Part shown: piece after piece, positions 57,275 through 59,967 of the stretch
Numbering within the stretch: the stretch's first letter is position 1
Layout of the letters: the number at the start of each line of letters is the position of its first letter
Assembly: GCA_041498155.1 (NCBI GenBank)
Contig: JBGQHV010000002.1
Coordinates: 1 to 59,967 of the forward strand
DNA from: Gemmatimonadota bacterium
GTDB taxonomy: Bacteria > Gemmatimonadota > Gemmatimonadetes > Gemmatimonadales > GWC2-71-9
Length of the DNA: 59,967 bases
Reading direction: 5' to 3'
Position numbers and translations under genes: made by a program
Notes under the pieces: model-generated
Told to the model about the DNA's origin: nothing
The model's input: the letters and a program-made list of their open reading frames with translations, nothing else
Database searches by the model: none

Positions 57275-58690
57275 GTGGATGCCCGATCCAGCCGCCTGGC
57301 CACGGTCCTGCGGGATCGCGGCGTCCGTCCGGGCGATCGCGTCGCCATCCAGCTCCCCAATGGGATCGAATTCCCGGTTGCCTGGCTGGCGGTGGCCAAG
57401 GCCGGAGCCGTGGTCGTGCCGTTCAGCACGAAGTTGCGCGACGCGGATCGCCGGCACCTGCTCCAGGATTCCGGAGCGAGCATGGCCATCGCGGGTGTGG
57501 AGCAGGCGCCGGCGCTCGCGGCGGTGCACGACGTTCTCACCTTCGCTCCCGCCGATAGCGCGGGCGCGGCGCTCGAGCGGGACATCGCGCGCGCAGTGGA
57601 GCTGGTCGAGAGCGAGCCGGCCGACCCCGGTCGCGTGGTCACCGTGCAGTACACCTCTGGCACGACCGGCCTGCCGAAGGGGTGCCTGCTCACCCACGCG
57701 TATTGGCTCGAGCTCGCCGCCCGTATGCAGGAGGTCGCTCCGTGGGCCCCGGGTGACGTGGTGCTCACCGCGCAGCCATTCTACTACATGGACCCCATGT
57801 GGAATCTGGTGCTGTGCCTGCTGGTCGGGGTGCCGCTCGTCATTCTCCCGCGTTTCTCCGCGTCCACGTTCTGGCGCTCGGTCGTCGACCAGGGCGTGAC
57901 GTTCTTCTATTGCCTGGGAACGATGCCCACGCTCATGCTCAAGCAGCCGGTGGCCCCGGCGGTAGACCGCGGGCACCGCGTCCGGTTCGTGCTCTGCTCG
58001 GGAATCCCCCTTGACCTCCACGCCACGTTCGAGGCGCGATGGGGAGTTCCCTGGCGGGAGACCTATGGCACGACCGAGCTTGGTGTGGTGACGCTGTCAC
58101 CGCTGGACGATGTCTCGGGCGTCGGGACGGGGGATCTCGGACGCGTCGTGCCAGGCAAGGAGATCCGGGTCGACCCCACGGGCGAGCTTCTGGTACGGGG
58201 TCGCGGTCTGATGGAGGGATACTGGAACCAGCCTGAGGCCACGGCCGCCTGGCGCCGCAACGGCTGGGCGCATGCCGGGGATCTCGTGCGCCGCGACGAG
58301 GCGGGCCGCCTGCGACTGGTCGGGCGGCTCAAGGACATGATCCGCCGGGGCGGCGAGAACGTGTCGGCGGTGGAGGTCGAAATGGCGCTGTGCGCGCATC
58401 CTGGCGTGCGCGCGGCCGCCTGCGTGCCCGTGCCCGACGATGTGCGTGGTGAGGAGGTCAAGGCGTTCGTGCAGCTCGCTGCGGGTGAGACCCCGACCAC
58501 ACTTCCGCCGCGGGCGTTGCTGGAGCACGTGCGGGCGCGCCTCGCGGACTTCAAGGTGCCGCGGTACGTGGAGTATCTCGCCGAGCTGCCCATGACGCCG
58601 TCGGAGCGCGTGGCGAAGCACGAGCTGCTGGCGCGCAAGGTCGATCAGCGGCAGGGGGCCTGGGACGCGCAACGCGAGGATTGGGGGTGA
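57275..58690 (+). CDS. AMP-dependent acyl-CoA synthetase/ligase; the true start is probably upstream
   Basis: Blocks are YTSGTTGLPKGC (AMP-binding), TYGTTE, GDL...DE.GRL...GRLKDMIRRGGENV and a C-terminal Lys motif. The in-frame sequence upstream of GTG 57275 (SVHDLLRARASTHGARDLLRFEGRRATFAEV) is typical of the family N terminus. Confidence 0.85.
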   Translation: MDARSSRLATVLRDRGVRPGDRVAIQLPNGIEFPVAWLAVAKAGAVVVPFSTKLRDADRRHLLQDSGASMAIAGVEQAPALAAVHDVLTFAPADSAGAALERDIARAVELVESEPADPGRVVTVQYTSGTTGLPKGCLLTHAYWLELAARMQEVAPWAPGDVVLTAQPFYYMDPMWNLVLCLLVGVPLVILPRFSASTFWRSVVDQGVTFFYCLGTMPTLMLKQPVAPAVDRGHRVRFVLCSGIPLDLHATFEARWGVPWRETYGTTELGVVTLSPLDDVSGVGTGDLGRVVPGKEIRVDPTGELLVRGRGLMEGYWNQPEATAAWRRNGWAHAGDLVRRDEAGRLRLVGRLKDMIRRGGENVSAVEVEMALCAHPGVRAAACVPVPDDVRGEEVKAFVQLAAGETPTTLPPRALLEHVRARLADFKVPRYVEYLAELPMTPSERVAKHELLARKVDQRQGAWDAQREDWG

Positions 58691-58691
58691 C

Positions 58692-59456
58692 ATGACCGGC
58701 GACGACGTGCGGCTCGAGCGGCGCGGGGCGATATGGATCGTCACGCTATCCCGCCCGGAGGTTCTCAACGCCGTTCGGGCCGAGACAATCGATCGCCTGC
58801 TGGGTGTGCTCGCCGAGGCGGCCGCAGTCTCCGAGCTGCGAGCGCTGGTCATCACCGGCGCCGGCCGGGCGTTTTCCTCGGGGAGGGATCTCCGCGAGCT
58901 CGCCGCGAGCACCGACGATCCTGCAGGCGAGCGGCGATCCATCGAACAGCTGCAGTCGCTCACCCAGCGACTGGTTCAGCACCCCGCGATCGTGTGTGCC
59001 GCCGTCAACGGGCTCGCCGTGGGTCTGGGCGCCGAGCTGGCCGTGGCGTGCGACGTCCGTTTTGCCGCTGACTCGGCGAGCTTCTCGTTCCCGGAGGCGC
59101 AACGCGGGGTGTTCGTGACGGGCGGCGTCCTGTACTTGTTGCCGCGGCTCGTCGGGGCGGGCAGAGCCGCTCATTGGCTCATCTCCGGAGCGACGGTGAG
59201 TGCCGCGGAGGCGCTCGGGGCCGGTCTCGTCACGCAGGTTGTCCCGGGGGCGCGTCTGCTCGATGCGGTGCTCGCGTTCGCCGGCCAGGTGGCTCAGGCG
59301 GCGCCGCAGTCGATCCGCTTGTTGAAGCAGGGACTGCGCCGCGCCGGCGCGCTCGACCTGGATGGTGTGCTCGCGCTGGAGGCGGAAGGGGCTCTGACCT
59401 GTCTGGCGAGCGAGGAAGCAAGGGATCGGCTGCGGGCGTTTCTGCAAAAGAAATGA
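58692..59456 (+). CDS. enoyl-CoA hydratase/isomerase (crotonase) family protein
   Basis: Blocks are IWIVTLSRPEVLNAV, LVITGAGRAFSSGRDL, AVNGLAVGLGAELAVACD and FPEAQRGV. Confidence 0.85.
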   Translation: MTGDDVRLERRGAIWIVTLSRPEVLNAVRAETIDRLLGVLAEAAAVSELRALVITGAGRAFSSGRDLRELAASTDDPAGERRSIEQLQSLTQRLVQHPAIVCAAVNGLAVGLGAELAVACDVRFAADSASFSFPEAQRGVFVTGGVLYLLPRLVGAGRAAHWLISGATVSAAEALGAGLVTQVVPGARLLDAVLAFAGQVAQAAPQSIRLLKQGLRRAGALDLDGVLALEAEGALTCLASEEARDRLRAFLQKK

Positions 59457-59482
59457 CCCCCCACCGGACTCGGGCGGGGGGT
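59454..59482. terminator. hairpin between convergent genes
   Basis: GACCCCCC-13-nt loop-GGGGGGTC forms an 8-bp stem, with a possible extra CCG/CGG inside the loop, followed by GTTTG. It overlaps the stop of the crotonase gene. Confidence 0.45.
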
Positions 59483-59509
59483 CGTTTGCGTCGGATCGAG
59501 AGTGCCGTG

Positions 59510-59967
59510 TTACGGATACGACTGGCGGCACCCGCCCGACCCGGCGTTCACCCAGTTGCGCTGGATGAGGAAATCCTTGCCGCCGAGATTCATGTTGGCG
59601 GTGGCGCCGTTGGAGGTAGAATAGGTCGTGCCGAACGTCCAGGCGCACTTGTCCGCGTTCTCCGCGCCCTGGCGGTCGTACCAGGCGTTGAGATCGGGAT
59701 CGGTCGCCGCCTCTTCCGTCTCGTGCGCGATGGTATTGACCTCGGCGTCCGCCGCCGCGTCGTTGTTGGGGGTCCCGTTCAGGGCGGAGCAGGCGCTCGG
59801 GAATTGCCAGTTGTACGGCTGGGCCGCGTACTTCACGTCGTTACCGTTCCAGCTGAAGTGCCCGTGGTAGGCGCAGTACTGCGTGCCGAATCCGCCACCC
59901 AGGTTCACGCCCGAGCCGGTGAACACGAGGTAGACCGTGGAGGCGTCGAACGTCATGTTCCCGCTCG
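59510..59967 (-). CDS. 3' part of an EXORDIUM / phosphate-induced protein 1 (Phi_1)-like secreted protein; the N terminus is outside the window
   Basis: The frame is open to the right edge. VYLVFTGSGVNLGGGFGTQYCAYHGHF, PNNDAAADAEVNTIAHETEEAATDP and ENADKCAWTFG resemble, from memory, plant EXO blocks (VVLTSADV..GFG..CGTHGHA; PNNDVGLDGMVINLA..LAGTATNP). Confidence 0.5.
   Translation of the reverse strand, partial: SGNMTFDASTVYLVFTGSGVNLGGGFGTQYCAYHGHFSWNGNDVKYAAQPYNWQFPSACSALNGTPNNDAAADAEVNTIAHETEEAATDPDLNAWYDRQGAENADKCAWTFGTTYSTSNGATANMNLGGKDFLIQRNWVNAGSGGCRQSYP

Overview
The window is a clearly high-GC (judged by eye, not computed), densely coded bacterial chromosomal segment. I can support about 55 protein-coding genes. 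I found no rRNA, tRNA, CRISPR array, transposase, integrase or phage-type gene. Envelope genes (OmpA-type, Omp85-like barrel, PD40/TolB-like propeller, Tat and Sec signal peptides) indicate a Gram-negative-type organism; phylum is not assignable from sequence alone. Housekeeping anchors are gyrA, leuS, serA plus a serC-like aminotransferase, rnhA, dCMP deaminase, selD, NAD salvage (NAPRT plus nicotinamidase) and cutC. Many hydrolases and peptidases surround them (three amidohydrolases, and M1, M14 and S41 peptidases). Signalling genes include an MCP, a REC-GAF-GGDEF protein, a Ser/Thr kinase, an ECF sigma/anti-sigma pair, and TetR and PadR regulators. Genes are often translationally coupled through ATGA, GTGA or TGATG overlaps. 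Many long ORFs in the track are antisense or N-terminal read-through artefacts typical of high-GC DNA, and I re-set about 15 starts. I see no clear defence island or mobile system. The best candidates for a second look are listed here. (1) selD carries an in-frame UGA at the catalytic position with a SECIS-like hairpin, so ORF callers truncate it; a 33-bp stem-loop that is near-perfect only in the minus-strand RNA lies just upstream. (2) A PadR-DUF1707-ABC operon is preceded by a promoter-proximal 12-nt tandem repeat (about 3.3 copies). (3) A ZAS-type ECF sigma/anti-sigma pair is co-transcribed with a secreted tandem-PDZ protein that has no protease domain. (4) An 11-kb tightly coupled array is headed by gyrA and contains a c-di-GMP cyclase and a zinc-ribbon kinase. 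(5) Two enzymes have conserved N termini that lie upstream of any canonical start codon (ATA and CTG candidates). (6) Tandem TSP3-OmpA paralogues sit behind an MCP. All functional calls come from motif recognition by eye; no database search was possible.
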